Source: Candidatus Omnitrophota bacterium
GTDB taxonomy: Bacteria > Omnitrophota > Gorgyraeia > DTHP01
NCBI GenBank assembly: GCA_023819145.1
Contig: JAMWCW010000007.1
Location: forward strand, 16,876 to 80,875
Direction: 5' to 3'
Length of the DNA: 64,000 nt
The position numbers were made by a program, and so were the translations under genes. The notes below the pieces were generated by a model. That model ran no database searches and was not told the DNA's origin. It worked only from the letters and a program-made list of their open reading frames with translations. How positions within the stretch are numbered: position 1 is the stretch's first letter; the number at the start of each line of letters is the position of its first letter. Shown here in pieces: positions 31,643-43,013 of the stretch.

Positions 31643-34600
31643 TTAATTTTTCCTTGCCTCGACTTTAGTATTTTCAGAAACATCAGAAAATTTTACAGAA
31701 ACAAGTTTAGAAACCCCTGATTCTTCCATCGTCACTCCATACATAACGTCAGCAACCGCTATTGTTTTTTTATTGTGCGTAATAACAATAAATTGTGACG
31801 TTTTAGAAAATTCCTTCATCAACATACGGAAACGGTCAATATTAGACTCATCCAGGGGCGCATCTACTTCATCAAGGATACAAAAAGGACTGGGTTTTAC
31901 TTTAAAAATAGCAAAAAGCAAGGCTACAGCAGTCAAGGCCTTCTCTCCTCCAGAAAGGAGATTTATATTCTGCAACTTTTTACCTGGTGGCTGAGCAATA
32001 ATTTCTATCCCTGACTCTAAAACATTCTCAGGTTCCAAAAGGAACAACTGAGAATTTCCTCCACCGAAAAGAAGACGGAAAATCTCTTTGAAGTTTACCC
32101 CTATCTTCTGAAACGTATCAATAAACATTTCCTTCGCCGTATGATTAATACGATTAATTGCCTCGTGCAAGGATTCCTTAGCTTTCAGCAAATCTGACTG
32201 TTGGTTAAGAAGAAAACTGTGTCTTTCCTGAAGTTGTCCAAACTCTTCGATGGCAATAAGATTAACTGGGCCAAGTGATAAAAGCTTATCTTGTAATGAA
32301 CTTATTTCTTCTTTCAAAATATGTTCATCAAAATCTTCCGCTGTAAAATCTACCTTTGCTGTCTCTAAATTAATTTTATAATTACTTTCTATTTTCTGGA
32401 GAATATCTCTCTTATCAAAATCTATACCTTGCATTTTTATCTCCAACTCATGAATTCCATTTTTTATCTTATCCAAGCTCTTCTGCATTGTTCCCAAGCT
32501 ATCTTCTTCTTCTTCTATCTCATTCTTAAAATAATTTTTCTTTGCATTTAAATCATCTAATTTCTTTACACTATTTTCAATCTCTTTATTAAAAACACCT
32601 TTCTCCTTCTCAAGAGAGGAAATCTCTTCATTCAAGAGTTTAATTTTTTCAAGATTAATATTTCTTTCCTCTAATCTTGTTAAAAACATTCTCTCTGTTT
32701 CAGCAACAGAGTTTTCCAAGGAATAAATCCTCTCGTTAAGAAGCGTTGCCTTCTCACTGTACGAATTTAAACTCGATTCAAGCTCTGTAATCTCCAATAA
32801 AGTCTTTTCCCTTAAAGCATTTCTATCTTCAAGATTACGCGTCGTTTCTTCTAAGAGCCGTTGTATTTCTGACTCTCTCAACTCTAAATCCTTTAGTCTA
32901 TTTTCACTCTCCTTTATCTTGCCATCGCGCGAATTGACCTCCTCACGCGATTCTTCAATTTCTAAATCTACAATTCCTAATTCGTCCTTTACTCTTCCTA
33001 AATCTTTTCCTATCCTTTCAACCTCTTGGTTTAGATTGCTCAACTCAATCTCAATTAAGTGTTTCTCCTCTTCTTTGTTGACCAACTCCTCTTTGGTCTG
33101 ATTCAACGTTAGGGATAAACTTTCTTTATCCTGGGAAAGTTTATCCTTTTCTTTACCCAAACTAACTAATTCCAATTTTAAATCCTCAATCTTTCTACGA
33201 CGCCCAATGATAGAGGTATCCTCGTCTATAGAAACATAAGCGGTTTTGATAAAATTGTCTCTCATAACATCCCCTTGGCAAGTAACTAAGCATAAAGATA
33301 AATCTCCTCTTTCTCTCTTAAGCCCAATTCCTTCCTCCAAATTATTCACTAAAACGGTATTTGAAAACAAATAAGAGAGTACAATTTCATAAGGAACGAG
33401 GCGGACAAAGTTAATTAAATAACTAAACTTGCCTTCGATATTTAATGAAGAAACAACATTTTTTTCTATGTCCTCAAGAACAAGAAAGTTCACTCCACCT
33501 AAGTTGTGTTCTCTTATATAATCTAAACAGAGTGACAAACTTCTGTAGTCTTTAATTAAGATTGCCTGAGCATTCTCACCCAGAACGGCTTCCACCGCTT
33601 TCTCATAACCCTTATCCACTTCAAGCATTTCTGCCAAAGGTCCAATTATCGCTGCTTCTCCTAATGCACCATTTTTATATGCTAAAATCAAGGATTTTAC
33701 TCCCGGAGAATACCCTTCATAATGTGCTTCCATCTCTTTCATCAAATCGATGCGTGAAGCGAGTGTATTATATTCCACCTCTTTCTTCTGAAGTTCTCCA
33801 GTTAAATCATCCAGGTCCTTATTTAATTTCCCTATCCGATTATCTAATTCCTCTATATCTTTAACTTTATTATATAGAACTAATTTCTTATCCTCTAAAA
33901 TTTGGCAACGTTGGGTATATAAACTATCAAGTTTACCTTTCTCTTCATCAGCCTTAGCTTTTTCTAATTCCAAACGGCGGAGGCGTGCTTGAAAAGACGA
34001 AATCTCTGTCTTTAGCTTCGTCAGCTCATTTCTTACTCTTGCCATTCCCTGATTAACATCCATAAGTTGAAGTCGGTAATTACTAATCAAAGATTCTCCT
34101 TCTTTTATCTGTTGATTTAGTGAATTCAATAAATCCTGTTTGTTTTTGAGCAGATTTTTCTTTTCCTCTTCATCCTTACAAAAATCATCAAATTGAACTT
34201 TCAGTTCTGTGAGCATTCTCCTCTCGTTGTCTCTTTTTTCCTCTAATCTCTTATTTTCCTCGACAAGGACGATATTTCTTTCCTCTAACTCTTTAATGCG
34301 TTCACTATCAAGCATAATCTTTGATTGGTTCTTTTCTAACGAAGCTTCAAGGTAAGCCTTTCTGCTCTCCTCTGAAGAAATCTCTTTTTCTAAAGATTCG
34401 AGCTTTTCTCGTCTTTCTTTCAACCGCTCTTCTCCGGAAGATAAATCTCTTAAGATTTTTTCTTCTTCTTTTTGTAAAGCTTCTTTTTCTTTAAGCAGTG
34501 CTTCCTTCTTACCCTCCAATTGAAGCATAAGGGATTTACTATATTTTAATTCTTTGTCTTTTAATATATTAAAAATCTCCTGATACCGTTCCGCTTTTCT

Positions 34601-35227
34601 TGCCTGACGTTCAAGTGAAGAAAGTTGCCTGCTTACTTCACTGATTATATCGTTAACCCTTATTAAATTATTTTCTGTATCTTCCAATTTTCTCAAAGCC
34701 TCTTTTTTTTGAGATTTAAATTTGGTGATTCCTGCTGCTTCCTCAAATATGAAACGTCGATCCTCCCCTCGTGAACTCAAAACCAAGTCAATCTTACCCT
34801 GTTCAAGCAGAGAATAGGAACTTGTTCCTATACCTGTACCAAAGAATAATTCCTGGATATCTTTAAGACGAACGGGAACTTTATTGAGTAAATATTCTGA
34901 TTCTCCGGAACGAAAAAGCCGCCGAGTAACGGTAATCTCTGCATATTCTATAGGGAAAATTTTATCCTCATTGGAAAGGGTTAAAGAAACCTCGGCAAAA
35001 TTAACTGGCTCCTTGATGCTAGTCCCATTAAAGATAACATCTTCCATCCTGGAACCACGTAATTCCCGAGGATTCTGTTCTCCTAAGACCCACTTTATTG
35101 CATCCGAAATATTGCTTTTTCCACAACCATTAGGACCAACAATGGCGGTAATCCCCGGTTCGAATTTCAATACTGTCTTTTCAGCAAACGACTTAAAACC
35201 ATATAATTCTATGGATTTGAAATACAT
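31643..35227 (-). CDS. smc: Chromosome segregation protein SMC
   Basis: GFKSF, GPNGCGKSN, coiled coils with hinge, LSGGEK and LDEVDAPLD motifs. Confidence 0.97.
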   Translation of the reverse strand: MYFKSIELYGFKSFAEKTVLKFEPGITAIVGPNGCGKSNISDAIKWVLGEQNPRELRGSRMEDVIFNGTSIKEPVNFAEVSLTLSNEDKIFPIEYAEITVTRRLFRSGESEYLLNKVPVRLKDIQELFFGTGIGTSSYSLLEQGKIDLVLSSRGEDRRFIFEEAAGITKFKSQKKEALRKLEDTENNLIRVNDIISEVSRQLSSLERQARKAERYQEIFNILKDKELKYSKSLMLQLEGKKEALLKEKEALQKEEEKILRDLSSGEERLKERREKLESLEKEISSEESRKAYLEASLEKNQSKIMLDSERIKELEERNIVLVEENKRLEEKRDNERRMLTELKVQFDDFCKDEEEKKNLLKNKQDLLNSLNQQIKEGESLISNYRLQLMDVNQGMARVRNELTKLKTEISSFQARLRRLELEKAKADEEKGKLDSLYTQRCQILEDKKLVLYNKVKDIEELDNRIGKLNKDLDDLTGELQKKEVEYNTLASRIDLMKEMEAHYEGYSPGVKSLILAYKNGALGEAAIIGPLAEMLEVDKGYEKAVEAVLGENAQAILIKDYRSLSLCLDYIREHNLGGVNFLVLEDIEKNVVSSLNIEGKFSYLINFVRLVPYEIVLSYLFSNTVLVNNLEEGIGLKRERGDLSLCLVTCQGDVMRDNFIKTAYVSIDEDTSIIGRRRKIEDLKLELVSLGKEKDKLSQDKESLSLTLNQTKEELVNKEEEKHLIEIELSNLNQEVERIGKDLGRVKDELGIVDLEIEESREEVNSRDGKIKESENRLKDLELRESEIQRLLEETTRNLEDRNALREKTLLEITELESSLNSYSEKATLLNERIYSLENSVAETERMFLTRLEERNINLEKIKLLNEEISSLEKEKGVFNKEIENSVKKLDDLNAKKNYFKNEIEEEEDSLGTMQKSLDKIKNGIHELEIKMQGIDFDKRDILQKIESNYKINLETAKVDFTAEDFDEHILKEEISSLQDKLLSLGPVNLIAIEEFGQLQERHSFLLNQQSDLLKAKESLHEAINRINHTAKEMFIDTFQKIGVNFKEIFRLLFGGGNSQLFLLEPENVLESGIEIIAQPPGKKLQNINLLSGGEKALTAVALLFAIFKVKPSPFCILDEVDAPLDESNIDRFRMLMKEFSKTSQFIVITHNKKTIAVADVMYGVTMEESGVSKLVSVKFSDVSENTKVEARKN

Positions 35228-35697
35228 TATATTTTCCTTTTTTCTTTGCTTAGAAGTCCTTTCAACTCCAGCATAAATTGCCCAACATCTTTAAACTCAC
35301 GATAAACCGAAGCAAAACGGACATAGGCTACCTGGTCTAGAGAGCGCAAATGCTTCATTACCAATTCTCCGATTGTTCGCGAACTGACTTCATTGTTATC
35401 CGAACTTCTTTGTAAAGCCATTTCTATTCTATCCAACATATCCTCTATTCTCGCGGTTTCTATAGGTCTTTTCTCTACCGCTTTCATTATTCCAGAAAGA
35501 AGTTTGCTCCTATCAAAATGTTCTCTTCTTCCATCTTTTTTAACCACCATAAGAGGCATTTCTTCTAATTTCTCATAAGTAGTAAACCTTCTTTTACATT
35601 TTAGACACTCCCTTCTCCTGCGGATAGCTAAACCTTCTTGCGATATTCGAGAGTCGATTACTTTGGTTTCGCTATATTTACAATAGGGACAATTCAT
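35227..35697 (-). CDS. nrdR: Transcriptional repressor NrdR
   Basis: CPYC...IRRRRECLKC, ATP cone and VAYVRFASVY motifs. Confidence 0.97.
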   Translation of the reverse strand: MNCPYCKYSETKVIDSRISQEGLAIRRRRECLKCKRRFTTYEKLEEMPLMVVKKDGRREHFDRSKLLSGIMKAVEKRPIETARIEDMLDRIEMALQRSSDNNEVSSRTIGELVMKHLRSLDQVAYVRFASVYREFKDVGQFMLELKGLLSKEKRKI

Positions 35698-35720
35698 TAT
35701 TATATTTCTAAATTCAGATT

Positions 35721-36200
35721 CTAAATATCAAAAGGTAAATTAGATTCTCTTATTCTTCTTATCTTAATCTTTGACTCTTCGAACATTTCTTTAGCCGTCG
35801 AATCAGGGTAACCATCCAAAACAACAATTTCTTTTATTCCCGCATTAATCAACATCTTTGCACAAATAATACAGGGTTGATTTGTGCAATATAAAGTTGC
35901 ATCCTTAAGACTTATTCCGTAGAGTGCCGCCTGGAGTAAGGCATTTTGCTCCGCATGCAGACCGCGACAGAGTTCATGACGTTCGCCTGAAGAAATTTTC
36001 AGTTTCTCCCGCAAACATCCTATAACGTCGCAATGTTTAATCCCTTTGGGAGTCCCATTGTAACCCGTTGACAAAATATGTCGCTCTTTGACAATCACTG
36101 CCCCTACTTGCCTACGCAAACATGTTGAACGACTGGCTACAAGCTTAGCTATTTCTATAAAATAATTATCCCAAGAAGGACGTTTAATTTCTTTCTTCAT
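35721..36200 (-). CDS. dCMP deaminase family protein (ComEB-like)
   Basis: [26 protein letters not shown] and PCIIC motifs. Confidence 0.9.
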   Translation of the reverse strand: MKKEIKRPSWDNYFIEIAKLVASRSTCLRRQVGAVIVKERHILSTGYNGTPKGIKHCDVIGCLREKLKISSGERHELCRGLHAEQNALLQAALYGISLKDATLYCTNQPCIICAKMLINAGIKEIVVLDGYPDSTAKEMFEESKIKIRRIRESNLPFDI

Positions 36201-37441
36201 CGCGATAAATATAAAGGAAATCTTTTAAGTAGATTCCTTACTTTATCTTTAACCTCTTTAATAGCCATCTTATTGTCAGGTGATTTTAATACTTCATCTA
36301 TAAAAGAGGCTATTTCTTTCATATGCTCTTCTTTCATCCCTCGAGTGGTCACAGCAGGAGTTCCCAAACGAATACCGCTGGTTATGGGGGGACTTAAATT
36401 ATCAAAAGGAATAAGATTTTTATTCACAGTAATATTTGCCATATCTAAAACTTCTGCAGCTTCTTTACCGGTAACTCCTCTACTCTTAATAAGGTCTACC
36501 AAAAAAAGATGCGTATCTGTCCCTCCAGAAACGATGCGAAATCCTTTACTTTTTAACTCTGAAGCAAGAACCTGAGCATTCTTAACTACTTGCTGTTGAT
36601 ATTTTTTAAAATCGTGATTTAAGGCTTCTTTAAAAGTAACTGCCTTCGCAGCAATTATATGTAATAAAGGCCCTCCTTGAATTCCAGGGAAAATCAAAGC
36701 ATCAATTTTTTTAGCAAATTCTTTTTTGCAGAGAACCATTCCTCCTCTTGCACCACGCAAAGTCTTGTGAGTAGTAGTAGAGACTACTTCGGCATAATCA
36801 ACTGGGTTGGGATGCAGTCCTGCGGCGACTAAACCGGCAAAGTGTGCCATATCTACAAAAAGATAAGCTCCTACCTTATCGCATATTTCTCTCAGTTTCT
36901 TAAAATCAATGATGCGAGAATAGGCACTTGCCCCTGCAAGTATCATCTTTGGTCGATGTCTCTTTGCTAATATCTCTACTTGGTCGTAATCTATTAACTC
37001 AGTACTCCTATTCACTCCATAGGTAACAATGTTGTAAAAAATACCTGAGAAATTGTGGGGATGGCCATGGGAAAGGTGTCCTCCGCACGCCAGGTCCATA
37101 GCAAGAACGGTATCCCCCGGTTTAAGCAAAGCAAAATAAACTGCCATATTTGCTTGCGTCCCCGAGTGTGGCTGTACATTTACATGCTCCGCTTTAAATA
37201 TCTTCTTAGCCCTCTCCACTGCCAAACGTTCTACCTCATCTACATATTGACAACCTCCATACCAACGCCTTCCCGGATATCCTTCTGCATACTTGTTAGT
37301 AAGTACGGATCCCTGCGCTTCCAAAACTGCATAAGAAACAAAATTTTCTGAGGCAATAAGTTCTAAATTTTCGTTCTCTCTTTTAATCTCTTTCCTAAGA
37401 AAATAAAATATCTCAGGGTCAACTTCCTTTAATCTCTTCAC
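36197..37441 (-). CDS. glyA: Serine hydroxymethyltransferase
   Basis: [24 protein letters not shown] and SGIRLGT motifs. Confidence 0.98.
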   Translation of the reverse strand: MKRLKEVDPEIFYFLRKEIKRENENLELIASENFVSYAVLEAQGSVLTNKYAEGYPGRRWYGGCQYVDEVERLAVERAKKIFKAEHVNVQPHSGTQANMAVYFALLKPGDTVLAMDLACGGHLSHGHPHNFSGIFYNIVTYGVNRSTELIDYDQVEILAKRHRPKMILAGASAYSRIIDFKKLREICDKVGAYLFVDMAHFAGLVAAGLHPNPVDYAEVVSTTTHKTLRGARGGMVLCKKEFAKKIDALIFPGIQGGPLLHIIAAKAVTFKEALNHDFKKYQQQVVKNAQVLASELKSKGFRIVSGGTDTHLFLVDLIKSRGVTGKEAAEVLDMANITVNKNLIPFDNLSPPITSGIRLGTPAVTTRGMKEEHMKEIASFIDEVLKSPDNKMAIKEVKDKVRNLLKRFPLYLSR

Positions 37442-37899
37442 TATTTACCCCCTTTGCTAATTTCTTTTTCAATCTTCTCAATCTTTTTTAACCTCCGCAG
37501 ATGCCTCCCCTTTTGAAACCCAGTTTTTAACCAAATCTCTAAAAACTTTCTTGCCATTTCCTTATTTATAAAACGTGCTCCAAAAATAATTATATTTGCA
37601 TCATTGTGTTCTCTGCTCAATTTAGCGCATTTAAGATTATAACACAAAGCAGCTCTTACTCCGGGGAAGCGATTGGCAACAATGCTCTGGCCAATGCCAG
37701 TAGCACAAATCAAAATTCCTCTCTCAAATTTATGCTCTGATACTGCCTTTGCTACTTTGTATCCAAAATCAGGGTAATCACAACTTTCTTCTTTAAAGGT
37801 ACCAAAATCTTTTATTCTGTATCCATTTTCTAATAAAAAATCCCTTAATGCTTCTTTCAATTTAAATCCTGCATGGTCTGAACCAAGAGCAATATTCAT
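37441..37899 (-). CDS. rpiB: Ribose-5-phosphate isomerase B
   Basis: [24 protein letters not shown] and GRHLRR motifs. Confidence 0.95.
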   Translation of the reverse strand: MNIALGSDHAGFKLKEALRDFLLENGYRIKDFGTFKEESCDYPDFGYKVAKAVSEHKFERGILICATGIGQSIVANRFPGVRAALCYNLKCAKLSREHNDANIIIFGARFINKEMARKFLEIWLKTGFQKGRHLRRLKKIEKIEKEISKGGK

Positions 37900-37948
37900 T
37901 TTATTTTAGATCTTATTAAGTAAAATTACATGATTACAATACAAGATA

Positions 37949-38419
37949 TTATTTATCCAACTTGAATTTCTTAATTAAACCTTCTAAACTCTCCTTAAAA
38001 ATAAACAAAACCTCTTCATAGACTTCAGGAGGTCTCCCGATAGGGTCGGGAATTTCCAGACTACTATTTTTGGGTATGTTTTCCATAAAACTTTTAAGAA
38101 GATAGGTTTTTTTCTCCGCCTCAGGATAAAGATTCAGAATAATGTTATGATGCGCTTCTTCCATAACCAGAACCAAATCTGCTTCTTCTATCATCTCTTT
38201 GGTCAAACGTGTGGCACGGTGAGCAGATATATCAATACCTTCCTTTAACATAACCTTTTGCGCCTCCGTACTTGCACCCATTCCTTCCAAAGCAGAGGTT
38301 CCTGCAGATTTTATCACAAAATTTTTTGCTTTATCTTTAAGCATATTTTTTAGTAGCTCTGCTGCCATTACCGATCTACAGCTGTTACCTGTACATACAA
38401 AGAGAATATTTTTAATCAT
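37949..38419 (-). CDS. Low-molecular-weight protein Tyr/Arg phosphatase (YwlE-like)
   Basis: VCTGNSCRS P-loop, SAGT and IPDPIG motifs; upstream of rpiB-glyA. Confidence 0.9.
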   Translation of the reverse strand: MIKNILFVCTGNSCRSVMAAELLKNMLKDKAKNFVIKSAGTSALEGMGASTEAQKVMLKEGIDISAHRATRLTKEMIEEADLVLVMEEAHHNIILNLYPEAEKKTYLLKSFMENIPKNSSLEIPDPIGRPPEVYEEVLFIFKESLEGLIKKFKLDK

Positions 38420-38952
38420 TTTTTTATCTCGGTATAGAAACTATAATTCCTTCTAACCTCACTATCCTTCTCTTTTACTTTTCTCTGCATCTGTTTTTTG
38501 TATTTTATAATAAGATGGTCTAATTTTCTATCTTCCAAACTCAGAATCTTAATAGCTAGAAGACTGGCATTCTTGGCTCCTGTTTTACCCAAAGCCATGG
38601 TAGCCACAGGAACACCTGCAGGCATCTGAACAATAGATAAAAGAGAGTCCAAACCCTTTAGAGAATCTGTCTCAATAGGAACTCCTATCACCGGTAATTC
38701 GGTATGAGAAGCGATTACACCCGGAAGATGGGCTGCTCCTCCTGCAGCAGCTATAATTACCTTTACACCTCTATCTTTAGCATGCTTGGCAAATTCCACC
38801 GCTTCATCAGGGGTGCGATGTGCAGAAATAATACGCACCTCGTAAGGAATTTTAAAATCTTTAAGGATACTAAATCCTTCTTCTAATACATGAAGGTCAG
38901 AATCGCTACCCATTACCACGCTCACTAAAGCTTGTATCTTTTTATTTCTCAT
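38416..38952 (-). CDS. purE: N5-CAIR mutase
   Basis: MGSDSD, SAHRTP, AGGAAHLPG and VQMPAGVPVAT motifs. Confidence 0.97.
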   Translation of the reverse strand: MRNKKIQALVSVVMGSDSDLHVLEEGFSILKDFKIPYEVRIISAHRTPDEAVEFAKHAKDRGVKVIIAAAGGAAHLPGVIASHTELPVIGVPIETDSLKGLDSLLSIVQMPAGVPVATMALGKTGAKNASLLAIKILSLEDRKLDHLIIKYKKQMQRKVKEKDSEVRRNYSFYTEIKK

Positions 38953-39024
38953 ATCCTCCCCCTAATTATAATCTATTTGATTTTTACCGTCAAAAAGCTC
39001 AACGTATCTACCTCTAATACAAAA

Positions 39025-40383
39025 CTAAGCGACTTCGTTAATTCTTGTAGCACAATTTTTATGGTGGGATTTTTTATTTTCTAAAGCTTTTTTTCCTATA
39101 TCTTTACGATAATGCATACCTTCAAAATGAATCTTCTCTACTGCTCTATAAGTACGCCTAATGGCTTCTTCTATTCCCTCCCCCAAACCCACTACTCCCA
39201 AAACCCTCCCTCCATTAGTCATGTATTTCATATCTAGTTTCTTATCCTTTTCTTCGGAAATCTGAACCTTTGTCCCCGCGTGAAAGATAACTATATCTTC
39301 TAACTTTTCCGCCTCTTCCAAACCATAAATAACCTTATCTTTCTCGTAATCACCGGGATAACCTTTTGAAGCACATACCACACAGACGCATGACTTTTTA
39401 TTCCAGTTCAAAGAACCAAATTTCTTAAACTTAGCAAGCTTACCTTCGGAGGTAGCTAACATCAACTCCAATAAATCTGAATTTAGTCGGGGTAAAACTG
39501 CTTGGGTCTCAGGATCACCAAAACGCACATTGAATTCTAAAACTTTAGGTCCTTGTTGGGTAACCATAATTCCTGCATACAAAACACCTTTATAGATTAT
39601 ACCCTCTTGCACTAAACCATCAATTGTCCGCGTAATGATATCTTTCTCAATAACTTCAAACAACTCTCTCGTAACTACTGGAGCGGGAGAATAAGCACCC
39701 ATCCCACCGGTATTTGGTCCTTCGTCATTATCAAATACACGCTTGTGGTCCTGACTGGATGGAAAAGCAACGAATTCACGCGAGTCAGTAACGACCACTA
39801 TTGAAGCTTCTTCTCCTTTAAGAAAATCCTCAACTATAATTCTTTCTCCCGCCTTACCAAAGATTTTATTTACCATAACTAAATCAATAGCATTAAATGC
39901 CTCCTCTTCCGTCTTAACAACAAATACCCCTTTACCCTGTGCAAGTCCATCGGCCTTAATTACCCAAGGTCCATTTTTTGTTTCTATATAATGCTTTGCA
40001 TCATCAGGATTATCGAATATCTTAAAGTCAGCAGTGGGAACACTATATTTGTGCATCAGTTCTTTAGCAAAAATCTTGCTTGATTCTAAACTTGCTGCTA
40101 ATTTTCCCGGCCCAAAAATCTTAAAGCCGTTTTTCATAAATTCATCAGAAATTCCTTGCGCTAAAGATGCTTCTGGACCGACGATTGTAAAGTCTATTCG
40201 TTCTTTGCGTACAAGCTCTAATAAACCATCTGTATCTTCTGTTTTTATATCAATACACTCTGCATGTTTAAGGATTCCACCATTACCCGGGGCACAAAAT
40301 ATCTTATCCACTAGTTTAGATTGACTAATTTTCCAAACTAAAGCATGCTCTCTCCCACCAGAGCCGATAACTAATATTTTCAT
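39025..40383 (-). CDS. purD: Phosphoribosylamine-glycine ligase
   Basis: MKILVIGSGGREHAL, KADGLAQGKGV, GPNTGGMGAY and EFNVRFGDPE motifs. Confidence 0.97.
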   Translation of the reverse strand: MKILVIGSGGREHALVWKISQSKLVDKIFCAPGNGGILKHAECIDIKTEDTDGLLELVRKERIDFTIVGPEASLAQGISDEFMKNGFKIFGPGKLAASLESSKIFAKELMHKYSVPTADFKIFDNPDDAKHYIETKNGPWVIKADGLAQGKGVFVVKTEEEAFNAIDLVMVNKIFGKAGERIIVEDFLKGEEASIVVVTDSREFVAFPSSQDHKRVFDNDEGPNTGGMGAYSPAPVVTRELFEVIEKDIITRTIDGLVQEGIIYKGVLYAGIMVTQQGPKVLEFNVRFGDPETQAVLPRLNSDLLELMLATSEGKLAKFKKFGSLNWNKKSCVCVVCASKGYPGDYEKDKVIYGLEEAEKLEDIVIFHAGTKVQISEEKDKKLDMKYMTNGGRVLGVVGLGEGIEEAIRRTYRAVEKIHFEGMHYRKDIGKKALENKKSHHKNCATRINEVA

Positions 40384-40462
40384 CCCTATATACAATAATT
40401 CTAAATATCAAAAACTAAATTTTATAAATTTCTTAAATATAATCCTGCATCCTGAACTTGCA

Positions 40463-41473
40463 CTAATCTATTATTACTTCTCTATCCCCCTTAATTACTT
40501 CTCCAATCACCAAAGATTTTATTCCCCAATTTTCTAATTTCTTAATTACCAATAACTCTCTGTTTCTTTCTGTAACCAAAACCATTCCAATACCCATGTT
40601 AAAAGTGCGATACATCTCTTTTTCTTCAATGTTTCCCTTTTCTTGAATTACCTTAAAGATCTTAGGTATCTGCCAAGAGTTTTTTCTGATTAAAATGGAT
40701 TTGCCTTCGGGAATAATACGAGGAATTTTCTCATAAAAAGCACCGCCAGTAATATGGGCACTACCTTTTATGAATAACCAGTAGTCGCTAGCAAGTATTG
40801 ACAAAATTTGCTTAACATAGATACGCGTAGGTTTTAGCAATTCATTTGCTAATTTTCTTTGTTCAGGTAAACTAAAAACCTTGCGTACTAAAGAAAAACC
40901 ATTGGAGTGAAGGCCTGAAGAAGCTAAACCAATTACTCTATCACCAACCTCTATGTTTCTCCCATCGATAATCCTATCTCTTTCCACTACACCCACGCAA
41001 AATCCTGCTAAGTCATATTCTCCTTCTTTATACATCCCGGGCATCTCTGCTGTTTCTCCCGCAACTAAAGCACAACCTGCCTCCTTGCAACCTTTTGCTA
41101 TCCCCTTAATAATCTGTACATATTTATCTTCTTCTAATCTCGAACACCCCAGATAATCTAAGAAAAACAAAGGTCTGGCCCCAAAAGTTAAAATATCATT
41201 AACATTCATAGCAACGAGGTCTATGCCTACTGTATCATGTTTATCTACCAAAAACGCAAGCTTCAATTTTGTCCCTACCCCATCAGTTGAAGAAACCAAA
41301 ATGGGTTTTTTATAGCTCTTTAGAACCTCTACCGAAAAAAGACCACTAAAACTGCCAATATCAGCAATCACTTCTTTTGTATGGGTTTTCTTGATAAAAG
41401 GCTTAACTGCTTTAAGTAAGACATTAGCCTTGTCAATATCTACCCCTGCCTTTTTATATGTAAGTTTATTCAT
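40463..41473 (-). CDS. purM: AIR synthetase
   Basis: YKKAGVDI, DGVGTK, GETAEMPG, SSGLHSNG and RTFNMGIG motifs. Confidence 0.97.
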   Translation of the reverse strand: MNKLTYKKAGVDIDKANVLLKAVKPFIKKTHTKEVIADIGSFSGLFSVEVLKSYKKPILVSSTDGVGTKLKLAFLVDKHDTVGIDLVAMNVNDILTFGARPLFFLDYLGCSRLEEDKYVQIIKGIAKGCKEAGCALVAGETAEMPGMYKEGEYDLAGFCVGVVERDRIIDGRNIEVGDRVIGLASSGLHSNGFSLVRKVFSLPEQRKLANELLKPTRIYVKQILSILASDYWLFIKGSAHITGGAFYEKIPRIIPEGKSILIRKNSWQIPKIFKVIQEKGNIEEKEMYRTFNMGIGMVLVTERNRELLVIKKLENWGIKSLVIGEVIKGDREVIID

Positions 41474-42878
41474 GAACACCGCATCCTTTCTCTAAGATAT
41501 ATTTATTAATTCTTTTCCCAAATTTTACCGGATAATCTCCTGTAAAGCAAGCAACACAATAACTTCCTTTGGGATATGCCTCAACGCAAGAAAGCATTCC
41601 TTTTAAGCTTAAATATCCTAATGAATCAACCTGTAAAAATTTCTCTATTTCTTCAATCTTTAATCTTGCCCCAATCAACTCCTTCTTTGTTGGAAAGTCT
41701 ATTCCGTAAAAACAAGGAAAACAATGAGGAGGACAACTGATACGCAAATGAACCTCTTTTGCTCCAGCCTCTCTCAAATTCCTCACTCTTATCTTAGAAG
41801 TAGTTCCCCTCACAATGGAATCATCGACTATTACAATGCGTTTTCCTTTTAAAACATCTCTTAAGAGATTGAATTTTACTCTCACATTAAAGTCGCGAAT
41901 AGATTGTCTAGGTTGAATAAAACTCCTTCCAATATAGTGATTACGGATAATTCCATATTCCATAGGAATCCCCGATTCCTGACTGAAACCCAAGGCAGAA
42001 GAAGTGCCTGAGTCTGGAACAGGAATGACCAAATCTGCCGATACTGGATGTTCTTGTGCTAAATTTCTTCCCAGACGCTTCCTTACGATATGAACTGTCT
42101 CTCCAAAAATTTTTGAATCGGGTCGGGCAAAATAGATATGTTCAAATATGCAAAACGAAGGGGAAATTTTCTTGAATGGCTTAAAACTTCTCAACCCATT
42201 TTTATCTACTACAACTATTTCACCCGGTTCTATTTCTCTTATCTCCTTAGCTCCTACCAAATCAAAAGCACATGTCTCAGAAGCAAATATATAAGCATCT
42301 TTTAACTTTCCTAACCAAAGAGGCCTGAAACCATGGGAATCTCTTACCGCAAAAAGAGCTTCGTGGGTAAGCAAAAGAAAGCAGTACGCTCCTTCTAAAA
42401 ATTTAACAGATTTTAATAACCGCTCTAAGTGATTCCCTTTCTTTTCCCTTGACATCAGATGAATCAAGATTTCCGAATCAGAACTTGTTTGAAAAATAGA
42501 ACCTCCTTTTTCTAAACTATGATGTAAACTTAAGGCATTCACCAAATTACCATTATGGGCAATTGCAATCACACCTTGGGAATAATTAACCAAAATCGGC
42601 TGGACATTCTTTAGAAGGCTTGCCCCTGTAGTAGAATAACGCGTGTGTCCAATGGCTCTATCTCCGGTAAGACTTTTGATAATCTCTTCCGTAAAAACAT
42701 CCGCTACTAATCCCATTCCTTTATATTGAAAGATTTCTTTGCCATTGGAACTGACTATACCACAGGATTCCTCTCCTCGATGTTGTAAAGCGTAAAGGCC
42801 AAGATAGGTTAAATAACCTGCCTCTTTATGCCCAAAAACACCAAAAAGACCACAATTTTCCTTTAACTCTCCACTCAC
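41466..42878 (-). CDS. purF: Amidophosphoribosyltransferase (propeptide/Fe-S type)
   Basis: ENCGLFG, LQHRG, GHTRYST, VDDSIVRGTT, PCFYGID and YCVACF motifs. Confidence 0.97.
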   Translation of the reverse strand: MSGELKENCGLFGVFGHKEAGYLTYLGLYALQHRGEESCGIVSSNGKEIFQYKGMGLVADVFTEEIIKSLTGDRAIGHTRYSTTGASLLKNVQPILVNYSQGVIAIAHNGNLVNALSLHHSLEKGGSIFQTSSDSEILIHLMSREKKGNHLERLLKSVKFLEGAYCFLLLTHEALFAVRDSHGFRPLWLGKLKDAYIFASETCAFDLVGAKEIREIEPGEIVVVDKNGLRSFKPFKKISPSFCIFEHIYFARPDSKIFGETVHIVRKRLGRNLAQEHPVSADLVIPVPDSGTSSALGFSQESGIPMEYGIIRNHYIGRSFIQPRQSIRDFNVRVKFNLLRDVLKGKRIVIVDDSIVRGTTSKIRVRNLREAGAKEVHLRISCPPHCFPCFYGIDFPTKKELIGARLKIEEIEKFLQVDSLGYLSLKGMLSCVEAYPKGSYCVACFTGDYPVKFGKRINKYILEKGCGVHE

Positions 42879-43013
42879 AAACACTCTCTTAAATTTACCA
42901 TTTCTATTTATTAATTTTATTAATTCTTAACATCGGATTTTTCACCATTTTACCATCTTCGTAAATAGGAAATATTTTATACTAAGCACATCTCGTAAAC
43001 ACCCTTTAAAAAA

